A stretch of DNA of 64,000 bases, from NCBI GenBank assembly GCA_965219085.1, contig OZ244720.1:1600001-1664000 (forward strand), in the 5' to 3' direction. The DNA comes from Dehalococcoidia bacterium (GTDB lineage: Bacteria; Chloroflexota; Dehalococcoidia; UBA2979). Within the stretch, counting starts at the first letter, position 1. Every line of letters begins with the position of its first letter. Positions 52,532 through 61,541 of this stretch are shown here, piece after piece. Under the pieces are notes generated by a model. The model made no database searches. It saw only the letters and a program-made list of their open reading frames with translations, and was not told the DNA's origin. The position numbers were made by a program, and so were the translations under genes.

Positions 52532-52613
52532 CGGTCCCGTGGCAGGGGGAGCAGCCAGTGGGGGCGTCCGGCGGTGACCGTCGGTTGCGCCTGTGTCCCG
52601 TACGATGCGCCGG

Positions 52614-53501
52614 ATGATCGTAGATGTCCACACCCACGCCTTCCCGCCCGCGATGATCGCGGCGCGCGAGCGCCTCGCCGGCGCCGACGCGGGCTTTGCG
52701 GCGCTCTACGCGGACCCCCGCGCTCAGATGGCGACGGCGGACGAGGTGCTCGAGGCGATGGACGAAGCGGGCGTCGATCGCGCGGTCGTCGCGGGCTTCG
52801 CGTGGGAATCGCCCGAGCTCTGCGCGGTGCACGCTGCCTACCTGCTCGGTACCGCCACCGGCTCGGACGGCCGTCTCCTGCCGTTCGTGCCCGTGCCGAC
52901 CGCGTTCCTCGGCGGCATCGACGTCACCGCCGACGCGATGCGCGCGTGGCTCGATCCGCTCGTGGCAGGCGGCGCGGCCGGCCTCGGTGAGGTCCGGCTG
53001 AGCGGCGGCACCCACCCCGCCACGCTCAAGGAGCAGGTGCTGGCCGCCGACCGCCTCGCGGAGCTCGTCGCCGGGTTCGACCTGCCGCTGCTCGTGCACG
53101 CCTCGGAGGAAGTCGGGCACGAGTATCCCGGCAAGGCGGGAGGCTTCACGGCCGGCGGGCTGTGGCGGCTGCTCGCAGCGCACCCCGTGCGCGTGATCGC
53201 CGCGCACTGGGGCGGCGGCCTGCCGTTCCACGCCCTCATGCCCGAGGTGCGCGCCATCCTCGGCGAGGGTCGCCTGCTCTTCGACTCGGCCGCCTCGAAG
53301 TTCCTGTACGACCCCTCGGTCTTCGCGACCGTCGCGAACCTCGCGGGGCAGGAGCACGTCGCCTGGGGCTCCGACTTCCCGCTGCGCGGCATGGCCTTCG
53401 ACCGCGCGGACGCCGAGGCGGCACTGGGCGATCTGCGCGACGCCGCACTGCGCAATGCCGTGCTCGGCGGTAACGCCGCGCGCTTCCTCGGCATCGAGTA
53501 G
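52614..53501 (+). CDS. Amidohydrolase_2 family protein
   Basis: DVHTH, GLGEV, LLVH, AAHWGGG, WGSDFP, GGNAARFLG. Confidence 0.9.
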   Translation: MIVDVHTHAFPPAMIAARERLAGADAGFAALYADPRAQMATADEVLEAMDEAGVDRAVVAGFAWESPELCAVHAAYLLGTATGSDGRLLPFVPVPTAFLGGIDVTADAMRAWLDPLVAGGAAGLGEVRLSGGTHPATLKEQVLAADRLAELVAGFDLPLLVHASEEVGHEYPGKAGGFTAGGLWRLLAAHPVRVIAAHWGGGLPFHALMPEVRAILGEGRLLFDSAASKFLYDPSVFATVANLAGQEHVAWGSDFPLRGMAFDRADAEAALGDLRDAALRNAVLGGNAARFLGIE

Positions 53502-53503
53502 CG

Positions 53504-54070
53504 GTGCGGCTCTTCCTCGCGATCGAGCTGCCCGAGCCGTGGCTGCGCGAGGCCGCGCGCGCGCTCGACGAGCTCACCGCCACGCTCGGCGACGACGCGA
53601 GCGTGCTGCGCCCGGTCGCGCTCGACCGCATGCACCTCACCGTGCGGTTCCTCGGCGAGGTCGACGAGGATCTGGTCCCCGCGCTCGACGCGGCGCTGCG
53701 GGAGTCCGTCCCGCCGGTCGGTGTCGACCTCGAACTCACCGCGGCCGGGACGTTCGGCTCGGCGGCGCGCACCTCGGTCGTCTGGCTCGGTCTCGGTGGG
53801 GACCTCGACGCGCTGCGCGCGCTCGCCGGGCGCGTCGAGGCGGCCGTGGAGGCGGCGGGCCTGCGGCCCGAGCGCCGCGAGCTGCGCCCGCACGTCACGC
53901 TCGCGCGCGTGCGCCGTCAGGCCTCTGCCTCGCAGCGGCGCGCTATCGGCCACGCCGTCGCCGCCCTCGAAGCGCCGCCCTCGCACCCCCACCGTGCGGG
54001 GGAGGTGGTGTTGGTGCGCTCGCACCTGGGGGCGGGTCAGCCGCGGTACGAGGTGTTGGGGCGGTATTGA
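53504..54070 (+). CDS. thpR: RNA 2',3'-cyclic phosphodiesterase (2H family)
   Basis: MRLFLAI, HLTVRFLG, PHVTLAR. Confidence 0.92.
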   Translation: MRLFLAIELPEPWLREAARALDELTATLGDDASVLRPVALDRMHLTVRFLGEVDEDLVPALDAALRESVPPVGVDLELTAAGTFGSAARTSVVWLGLGGDLDALRALAGRVEAAVEAAGLRPERRELRPHVTLARVRRQASASQRRAIGHAVAALEAPPSHPHRAGEVVLVRSHLGAGQPRYEVLGRY

Positions 54071-54149
54071 GGGCGGTGTGCCACATCCCTCGTGGGCGTG
54101 CGAGGTCGGTGTGGGAGACTCGCCCACAGCGGCGTACCTGGAGCACCTC

Positions 54150-55079
54150 ATGACTTCCGGCGAGCCAGCCACCCAGGCCTCGCTGTTCGACTCCCCAGCA
54201 GAGCAGCCCGCCGCCTACGACGCGGCGTTCCGCACGGGCAGCGTCGAGGTCTCCTCGAAGCCCGCGCGCGAGATCCTGATGCGCGCGACGGGGTTCATGG
54301 ATCAGTACGACTTCACGCTCAACCCGTACAGCGGGTGCGCCTTCGGGTGCTCGTACTGTTACGCCGCCTTCTTCAGTCGCAGCGCCGAGCGGCGCGACAC
54401 GTGGGGGCAGTGGGTCGAGGTGAAGGAGAACGCCGTCGACCTGATCAAGAGGCGCAAGATCGGGAAGCTCGACGGCAAGTGCATCTACATGAGCAGCGTC
54501 ACCGACCCGTATCAGCCGATCGAGCGTACGGTCGGGCTGACGCGCGGGGTGCTGCAGGTGCTCGCCGACCGCCACGCGCCGAAGCTCGTCGTGCAGACCC
54601 GCAGCCCGGATGTCGTGCGTGACTGTGACCTGTTCCAGCAGATCGAGGACGGCGGCGGGCGGGTGCGGGTCAACATGACCGTCACTACCGACGACGAGGA
54701 CGTGCGCCGTCTCTTCGAGCCCTCGTGCCCCTCGAACGCGCAGCGGCTCGACGCGGTGGCCGAGCTGCGCGACGCGGGGATCGACGTCGGCGTGACGATG
54801 ACGCCGCTGCTGCTGGTGAGCGACGCGGAGGCGTTCGCGGAGAGCCTGCTGGCGACGGGCGCCGAGCACTTCATCGTGCAGCCGTTCCACTTCGCGCGCG
54901 GCAAGTTCGTCGCCTCGACGCGGGAAGGGGCGCTGGCGCTGATGGCGGAGAAGCTCGGCTGCGACGTGGCCTCGTTCCAGTCGAGGTACCTCGAGCACTA
55001 CGGCGCGGTCTTCGAGGTGTTGCGAGACCGCCTGCCGGAGCTGGGGGAGGGCAAGGACGGGTTCGCGCCACCGTTCTAG
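54150..55079 (+). CDS. SPL-like radical SAM protein
   Basis: LNPYSGCAFGCSYCYA, VKEN, SSVTDPYQPIE, QTRS. Confidence 0.9.
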   Translation: MTSGEPATQASLFDSPAEQPAAYDAAFRTGSVEVSSKPAREILMRATGFMDQYDFTLNPYSGCAFGCSYCYAAFFSRSAERRDTWGQWVEVKENAVDLIKRRKIGKLDGKCIYMSSVTDPYQPIERTVGLTRGVLQVLADRHAPKLVVQTRSPDVVRDCDLFQQIEDGGGRVRVNMTVTTDDEDVRRLFEPSCPSNAQRLDAVAELRDAGIDVGVTMTPLLLVSDAEAFAESLLATGAEHFIVQPFHFARGKFVASTREGALALMAEKLGCDVASFQSRYLEHYGAVFEVLRDRLPELGEGKDGFAPPF

Positions 55080-55284
55080 TGGCGATGTGGACACTCGCTG
55101 CGCGAGATGTTGACGGTCGCGGCTGGGGCCGCCTACGCTCGATCCGAGGGGCGACGCGATTCTGTCTTCCAACGCACACGACACCGGTTCCTCGACCCGG
55201 CCGCCGCACCGGCAGGGACCGTTGCCGGAGCGTGCCGCGCGTCCGCCCTCCGAGGCTCACTCCCCGCGTCGGACAGGAGGCCTG

Positions 55285-55530
55285 ATGCACTCGGGCATGA
55301 TTGGCAAGGTCGAGAAGGCACGCCGCTACTCCCGCGAACGCGACCGCTTGCAGTTCACCCAACTGACCGTCTCCGTCGATGGCGACAACGGCAGCCACGA
55401 GGTCCGTTACGACCTCGGCGGCTGGGAGTGCAACTGCGACTTCTTCGCACATCGCCGCACGTGCGCCCACACCATGGCGCTCGAACTCCTGCTCGACGGG
55501 ATGCTGTCCGAGGAGGCCGCCGTCGCCTGA
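55285..55530 (+). CDS. Small SWIM-type zinc finger protein
   Basis: WECNCDFF....TCAH; AGGAGG RBS. Confidence 0.8.
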   Translation: MHSGMIGKVEKARRYSRERDRLQFTQLTVSVDGDNGSHEVRYDLGGWECNCDFFAHRRTCAHTMALELLLDGMLSEEAAVA

Positions 55531-55960
55531 CCCAGACGACGCCCACGACCTCGCCCGCAACGCCGAGGCGACCCGTCGCCTCGGCGCGCTCGCAGCACGC
55601 CTCGACGCCTCCGATCTGGAGCGCTCGCTGGGTCGCGGGTGGACTGTCGGGTTCGCGCTCGCGCACGTAGCGTTCTGGGAGGCCCGGCAGGACGCGGCTC
55701 TGCGCGTCTGGCTCGATGGCGCCGATTTCCCCGCCGAGGACGAGACCACGAATCCAGCCCTCGAGGCCATCGCACCGCTGCTCGATCCCGCAGCCGCGGT
55801 CGCCTCGGCCGAGGCGACCGCGAGGCAACTCGACGCCACCATCACGAGCCTGACCGCCGGGCAGCGCGCCGAGCTGGTGGCGAAGGGATCCGGCTACGCG
55901 ATCCGGCGGTGGGCACACCGCGAGGACCACATCGCGCAGATCGAGGCCGCGCTGAACTGA
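55520..55960 (+). CDS. DinB/YfiT-like helical-bundle protein (start codon not evident)
   Basis: GWTVGFALAHVAFWE...HREDHIAQIE metal-binding His pattern. Confidence 0.7.
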   Translation, partial: PSPDPDDAHDLARNAEATRRLGALAARLDASDLERSLGRGWTVGFALAHVAFWEARQDAALRVWLDGADFPAEDETTNPALEAIAPLLDPAAAVASAEATARQLDATITSLTAGQRAELVAKGSGYAIRRWAHREDHIAQIEAALN

Positions 55961-55980
55961 CCGCGGCGTGATCGGCGCGC

Positions 55981-56346
55981 CTACGCGTCGTCGCTGAGGG
56001 TCACTCGGCTCGATGCCACTCTCGACAGCGCCCGTGTCGACGAGCGCAGCATGCGGGTCATTGGGCGGCGTTGGGATCCCGACACCGTGAACCCGCACTC
56101 AAGCTCCGGCACGGGACGACCCGAACATGAGCGAGGCAGGCAGACGCGGGATGGTGCGCCAACCTGCCGGATCAGGTACGGGCCTCGTCCGAACGTGCGC
56201 ATCGCCGTGGTGATCGCGTCTTCGTACGACGCGTAGTCGCCAACGAGCGATCCGTCGTGGAACACGACCCAGCGGCCGTGATGGTCGCGCTCCAGCCGCT
56301 CACGTTGCGAGTCGTACGCGGCGATCTGCCTGTCCGGTGCATCCAC
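55981..56346 (-). pseudogene. DUF5678-like small protein followed by a decayed aspartyl-protease fragment
   Basis: HHGRWVVFHDGSLVGDY...A...FGRGPYLIRQVG; downstream in another frame ALVDTGA (about 56030-56050), then truncated. Confidence 0.55.
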
Positions 56347-56456
56347 GTGTAGCTACGTCCCCGAGGTGGGAGGGGTTGCGATGCAGCCTCACCATAACAG
56401 GCCGTGCGGTCGCTCAAGGTCGTGCTGGAACCAGGCTCGCCGGTGAGGCTGGCCGG

Positions 56457-57716
56457 CTACTCGTCGAAGCGCTGGAGCGCGAGCACGGCATTCTGCCCGC
56501 CGAACCCGAACGAGTTCTTGAGCATCGTCCGCACCTCGGCGGTGCGCGACTCCTTCGGGACGTAGTCGAGGTCGCACTCCGGGTCGGCGTTGTCGAGGTT
56601 GATCGTGGGGGCGATCTGCCCCGTGAGCAGCGTCTGCACCGCCGCGATGGTCTCGACGCCCCCGGCGCCGCCGAGGAGGTGGCCGACCTGCGACTTGAAG
56701 GCCGTGACCGGCACGCGGTAGGCGTGCTCGCCGAAGACCGTGCGGATCGCCTGCGTCTCCGCGATGTCGCCCACCTCTGTTGCCGTCGCGTGCGCCGAGA
56801 TGTAGTCGATCTCCTCCGCGTCGAGGCCGGCCGCGTCCAGCGCCGCCTGCATCGCGCGCGCGGCGCCGTCGCCGCCCTCCGGCGGGGCGACGAGGTAGGC
56901 GGCGTCCGCGGTCACGCCGTAGCCGAGCACTTCGGCGAGGGGGCGCGCGCCGCGCGCCTGCGCGTGCTCGAGGCTCTCGAGCACGACCAGCCCGGCGCCC
57001 TCGGACGGCGCGAAGCCGTCGCGGTCGCGGTCGAAGGGGCGCGAGGACTCGCCAGGGCGGTCGTTGAAGTTGGTGGTGAGGGCACGCATCGCGCAGAACC
57101 CGGCGAGGCCGAGCTCGGAGATGCCGGCCTCGGTGCCGCCGGCGACCATCACGTCCGCCTCGCCGCGGCGGATCACCTCGGCGGCGTCGCCGATGGCCTG
57201 CGTGGCGGCTGCGCAGGCGGTGGTCACGGTGTTGGAGTGGCCGAGCAGGCCGAGCTGGATGGTGAGGTTCCCGGCCGCCATGTTCGGCAGCATCTTCGCG
57301 AGGTAGAGCGGGTCCAGGCGCATCCCGCCGCGCCCGAGCAGGGTGCGCATCGCGGTGTCGGTCTCCGGGATGCCGCCGCCGCCGTTGCCCAGCACCGTCC
57401 CCGCGCGGCGGCGGTCGATGCTGTCGAGGTCGAGGCCGGCATCGTCGAGCGCCTGCTTGCCGGCGGCGATGGCGAACTGCGAGAAGCGCGCCGTGCGGCG
57501 GGCGGTACGGCGGTCCATCCACTCGGTCGGGTCGAAGTCTTCTACCTGGCCGGCGACCTGGCACGGGTAGGCGGAGGGGTCGATGGCGGTGAGCTCACCG
57601 ATCCCGGACTCGCCCGCGACCGCACGGCGCCACATCTCGTCGACGGTGTTGCCGAGCGGCGAAATGATGCCCATGCCGGTGATGACGACGCGCCCGCGTC
57701 CGTTGCCCGATGCCAT
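56457..57716 (-). CDS. fabF: 3-oxoacyl-ACP synthase II
   Basis: RVVITGMG, TACAA, AHATAT, GHLLG, NSFGFGG. Confidence 0.93.
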   Translation of the reverse strand: MASGNGRGRVVITGMGIISPLGNTVDEMWRRAVAGESGIGELTAIDPSAYPCQVAGQVEDFDPTEWMDRRTARRTARFSQFAIAAGKQALDDAGLDLDSIDRRRAGTVLGNGGGGIPETDTAMRTLLGRGGMRLDPLYLAKMLPNMAAGNLTIQLGLLGHSNTVTTACAAATQAIGDAAEVIRRGEADVMVAGGTEAGISELGLAGFCAMRALTTNFNDRPGESSRPFDRDRDGFAPSEGAGLVVLESLEHAQARGARPLAEVLGYGVTADAAYLVAPPEGGDGAARAMQAALDAAGLDAEEIDYISAHATATEVGDIAETQAIRTVFGEHAYRVPVTAFKSQVGHLLGGAGGVETIAAVQTLLTGQIAPTINLDNADPECDLDYVPKESRTAEVRTMLKNSFGFGGQNAVLALQRFDE

Positions 57717-57752
57717 CGCTGCTCCCCGGCCCCGTGGCCCCGTCGCGCCAGT

Positions 57753-59111
57753 CTAGCGCAGTCCGAACGCCCGGTCGCCGGTGACGCCGAGCAGGTGCTC
57801 GCGCGCCTCCGAGACCGTGTACAGCGAGCCCGTGACGAGCACCGTGCCAGCGTCGCCGGCGAGGCCCCGTGCGAGCTCCACGGCCGCCGCCACGCCCACG
57901 GCGCGCTGCACTGCGGCGCCCTCCGCGCGGAACGCCGCCTCGACCTCTGCGATGTCGGCGGCGCGCTGCGAGGAGGGCGCGGTCACCACGACCGTCGTCA
58001 TCGCCTCGCCGTCGGGGCCGAGCAGCGCCCGCGCCACGGCCGAGGCGTCGCGACCGCCGAGCAGGCCCGTGACCAGGACGCGCGGCCGGCGCAGTCCGAG
58101 CGCCTCGACGGTCTCGCGGAAGCGCGTGGCGGCCAGGGGCGTGTGCAGCGCGTCGGCGACGATCAGCGGCCGGCGGCGCAGCACCTCGAAGCGACCGTGC
58201 CAGACGACGCGCCCGAGGCCCTGCGGGACGGCCGACGCCGGTAGTTCCTCGCCCATGGAAGCCCACGCCAGCTCGGCGGCGCGGACGGCGGCCGCGGCGT
58301 TCTCCGCCTGGTGCCGGCCGATCAGCGGCAGCTGGAGACGACGGTACGTCCGCAGCGGCGTGCGCAGGTCGAACGTCTGGCCGTCGAGGTTCTGGTTGGT
58401 CACGCGCATGGCGCACTCGGTTGCGACCTCATGCAGCGTCGCGCCGGCCTCGGCGGCGTGCGCGCGCACCACGTCAATGGCGCTCTCGCGCAGCGGCGCG
58501 ACGACGGCCTCGCACGGCCCGGTGAGGATGCCTGCCTTCTCGGCGGCTACCTGCGGGATGGTGTCGCCGAGGATGGCTGTGTGCTCGAGGTCGATGGGCA
58601 GGACTATCGCCACGTCCTTGCGGGCGATCACGTTCGTCGTGTCGAGGCGGCCGCCGAGGCCAACTTCGAGCACCTGCCAGTCGCAGCCCGCCTCCGCGCC
58701 CGCGAGCCAGCCGAGCAGGGTGACGAGCTCGAAGTACGACCAGCCCTCGGTCCCCTCGTCGCCGAGGAGGGCCTGGGCGAGCCGCGCGAATGTCGCGTGG
58801 TCCAGTGGTTCGCCGTCGACGCGCACGCGCTCGCGCGCCTGGTGCACGTCGGGCGAGGTCAGTAGCAGGGTGTGCGCGCCTGCCGCGCGCAGGATCGACT
58901 CGACCATCGCGGAGGTTGAGCCCTTGCCCTTGGAGCCGGCGACGTGGACGGTGCGGCGCTCCTCGGGCCGCCCGGCGCGGTCGAGGTAGTCACGGATGTG
59001 GGTGACGCGGAAGCGCTTCGCCTCGCGCGGGTCGCCGCTGCGCTCGAAGCCGCCGCGGGCCAGCAGGCCGCGCACCGCCTCCACGTACGCCTGGATCGAT
59101 TCGTCGTGCAT
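57753..59111 (-). CDS. folC: Folylpolyglutamate/dihydrofolate synthase
   Basis: HVAGSKGKGST, EVGLGGRLDTTNV, EKAGI, TGSLY. Confidence 0.93.
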   Translation of the reverse strand: MHDESIQAYVEAVRGLLARGGFERSGDPREAKRFRVTHIRDYLDRAGRPEERRTVHVAGSKGKGSTSAMVESILRAAGAHTLLLTSPDVHQARERVRVDGEPLDHATFARLAQALLGDEGTEGWSYFELVTLLGWLAGAEAGCDWQVLEVGLGGRLDTTNVIARKDVAIVLPIDLEHTAILGDTIPQVAAEKAGILTGPCEAVVAPLRESAIDVVRAHAAEAGATLHEVATECAMRVTNQNLDGQTFDLRTPLRTYRRLQLPLIGRHQAENAAAAVRAAELAWASMGEELPASAVPQGLGRVVWHGRFEVLRRRPLIVADALHTPLAATRFRETVEALGLRRPRVLVTGLLGGRDASAVARALLGPDGEAMTTVVVTAPSSQRAADIAEVEAAFRAEGAAVQRAVGVAAAVELARGLAGDAGTVLVTGSLYTVSEAREHLLGVTGDRAFGLR

Positions 59112-59145
59112 GGTCGGGTTCCGCGCGGCGCGGCGCGGTCGCGTC

Positions 59146-59580
59146 TTACGACTGCTGCCGCCGGGCGATCATATAGGTGACGCGGCCCACGGCGACGGTC
59201 GTGCCGGCCGCGTCGGTCACCTCGACGGTGGTGTAGACGACCCTGCGACCGCCACGCAGCACGCGCGCCTCGGCGACGATGTCGCTGGTGGCGGCGGCGA
59301 GGTAGCTGACGTTGAGGTCGGTACTGGCGAATCCCGCCCACGTCTCATCGTCCTCGGCGCGCGTGGTGAGCAGCGCCGCCGACCCCGCCGCGTCGATCAG
59401 CGAGGCGAGCACGCCGCCGTGCAGCGTGTCCGGGCGGCGCGTCTCCAGCTCCGCGCGCGCGGGGATGCGCAGCCGCGCCGAGCCCTCCGTGGCGTCGACC
59501 ACCTCGATGCCGAGCGTGCGCCAGAACGCGACCTCGTCGGGCGCGATGCGGGCAATGAGCTGTTCCTGCGTGGGGGTCAT
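59146..59580 (-). CDS. PaaI-family hotdog thioesterase
   Basis: LHGGVLASLID...TDLNVSYL. Confidence 0.9.
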   Translation of the reverse strand: MTPTQEQLIARIAPDEVAFWRTLGIEVVDATEGSARLRIPARAELETRRPDTLHGGVLASLIDAAGSAALLTTRAEDDETWAGFASTDLNVSYLAAATSDIVAEARVLRGGRRVVYTTVEVTDAAGTTVAVGRVTYMIARRQQS

Positions 59581-61541
59581 CGGGTGGCGCTCCCGCGCGG
59601 CGCGGGCGAGGTGGCGCCGCCGGCGCCGTTGCTCCCGGCGCCGTCGCCATCGAGGCCGTCGTCGTCGTGGCGGTAGGTCATGCGGTAGAGGTCGGCGTAG
59701 ATGCCGTCCTCCGCGATGAGCTCCTCGTGGTTGCCGAGCTCGACGATCTCGCCGTCGCGCATGACGGCGATGCGGTCCGCGCTGCGGATCGTCGAAAGGC
59801 GGTGAGCGATCACGAGCGAGGTGCGGCCGCGCAGGATCGTCCTCAGTGCCTGCTGGATCAGCCGCTCCGAGTGCGTGTCGATGTTCGCCGTGGCCTCGTC
59901 GAGGATGAGGATGCGCGGCTCGGCGATGATCGCGCGGGCGAACGCGATGAGCTGCCGCTGTCCTACGGAGAGGTTCATGCCGCGCTCGTGCAGTTCGGTG
60001 TCGTAGCCCTCCGGCAGCCGGTCGACGAAGGTGTGCGCGCCGACGGCGCTGGCGGCCGCGGCGATCTCCTCGTCGGTGGCGTCCAGGCGGCCGTAGCGGA
60101 TGTTGTCGGCGATGGTGCCGGAGAACAGGTACGGCTCCTGCAGCACGACGCTCATGCGTCGGGTCAGCGAGGCGCGCTGGATCTCGCGCAGGTCGGTGCC
60201 GTCGATGAGGATCGAGCCGCCCTCGATGTCGTAGGAGCGGTTGACGAGCGCGGTGACGGTGGTCTTGCCGGCGCCGGTGTGGCCGACGAAGGCGATGGTC
60301 TCGCCGGGCTCGATGTGCAGGTCGAACTGGCGGAGCACGGGGACGTTCTTGACGTAGCTGAAGTCCACCTCGTTGAAGTCGATGCGGCCCTCGACGTCCG
60401 GGAGCACCTTCGCGTCCGGGGGGTCGACGATCTCGGGCTCGGTATCGAGGACCTCGAAGATGCGGTGGGCGCCGGCCATGGCGCGCTGGAGCATCGTGTA
60501 CTGTAGGACGATGTCGCGGACGGGGTTGAAGAAGCGCTGGATGTAGAGCAGGAAGCCGATCGAGTAGGCGAGCGCCTCGCCGGCGCCGAGGTCGCCGTTG
60601 AAGGTGCGCACGCCGATCACCACCAGCACCACCGCGGTCGCGATCGTCGACAGCATCTCGACCATCGGGATGACGGCGGCCTGGAGCTTCACCGCGTCCA
60701 TGTTGGAGTCGAGGTTGACGCGGTTGAGGCGCTCGAACTGGCGGAGGTTCTCCTCCTCGCGGTTGAGCGACTGGACGATGCGGACGCCCGAGACGTTCTC
60801 ATTGATCGAGCCGTTGACGATCGAGATGGCCTGGCGCACGCGGATGAAGGCGCGGGCGGCGGGGGTCTGCCACCACACCATGAAGATCATCAGCAGCGGG
60901 ATCACCGACAGGGAGATCACCGCCAGCAGCGGGTCGAGCAGGAACAGGAACAGCACGATCAGTCCCAGCCCGACGATGTCGGCGAGGATGTTGAGGAAGC
61001 CCGAGGTGATGAGCTCCTGCAGCGTCACCACGTCGGACGTGACGCGCGACATCACGCGCCCCACTTCCTCGCGGTCGAAGAAGCTGAGCGAGAGCTTGTT
61101 GAGGTGCGCGAACATCTGCGAGCGCAGGTCGCGCAGGATGCGGTGTCCCACGTACCCGGTCATCAGCCGCTGGAGTGCGGCGGAGGCGAACGAGAACGTC
61201 GCGAGGCCGACGAGCAGTGCACCGAAGTTCAGGATTTCGCTGTCCACCGCCGCGAGCTGCGCGGGTGAACCGGATCGCAGCTTCTCCACGATCGACTGGG
61301 TCGCGACGGCCATGACGTAGGGCTGGGCGTAGGAGGCGACGGCGAAGACGAGCATCGCGATGGTGGCGACGATGGTCTGCACCTTGTACGGCTTGAGGAA
61401 CGGGAAGAGCCGCTTGACCAGGTCGGGCTCGTAGACGCGGCCGAGATCGGCGTAGTCCCAGCCGTCGACCGGGCGGCCGCGCTGCACGCCGCGCTGGTCG
61501 CCGGACCATCCGCCCGCCTGTCCGCCGCCCCAGTACGCCAC
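59577..61541 (-). CDS. ABC exporter, fused TMD-NBD (heterodimer partner 2)
   Basis: GHTGAGKT, LSVGQRQ, ILDEAT, IAHRLST. Confidence 0.95.
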   Translation of the reverse strand: MAYWGGGQAGGWSGDQRGVQRGRPVDGWDYADLGRVYEPDLVKRLFPFLKPYKVQTIVATIAMLVFAVASYAQPYVMAVATQSIVEKLRSGSPAQLAAVDSEILNFGALLVGLATFSFASAALQRLMTGYVGHRILRDLRSQMFAHLNKLSLSFFDREEVGRVMSRVTSDVVTLQELITSGFLNILADIVGLGLIVLFLFLLDPLLAVISLSVIPLLMIFMVWWQTPAARAFIRVRQAISIVNGSINENVSGVRIVQSLNREEENLRQFERLNRVNLDSNMDAVKLQAAVIPMVEMLSTIATAVVLVVIGVRTFNGDLGAGEALAYSIGFLLYIQRFFNPVRDIVLQYTMLQRAMAGAHRIFEVLDTEPEIVDPPDAKVLPDVEGRIDFNEVDFSYVKNVPVLRQFDLHIEPGETIAFVGHTGAGKTTVTALVNRSYDIEGGSILIDGTDLREIQRASLTRRMSVVLQEPYLFSGTIADNIRYGRLDATDEEIAAAASAVGAHTFVDRLPEGYDTELHERGMNLSVGQRQLIAFARAIIAEPRILILDEATANIDTHSERLIQQALRTILRGRTSLVIAHRLSTIRSADRIAVMRDGEIVELGNHEELIAEDGIYADLYRMTYRHDDDGLDGDGAGSNGAGGATSPAPRGSATR

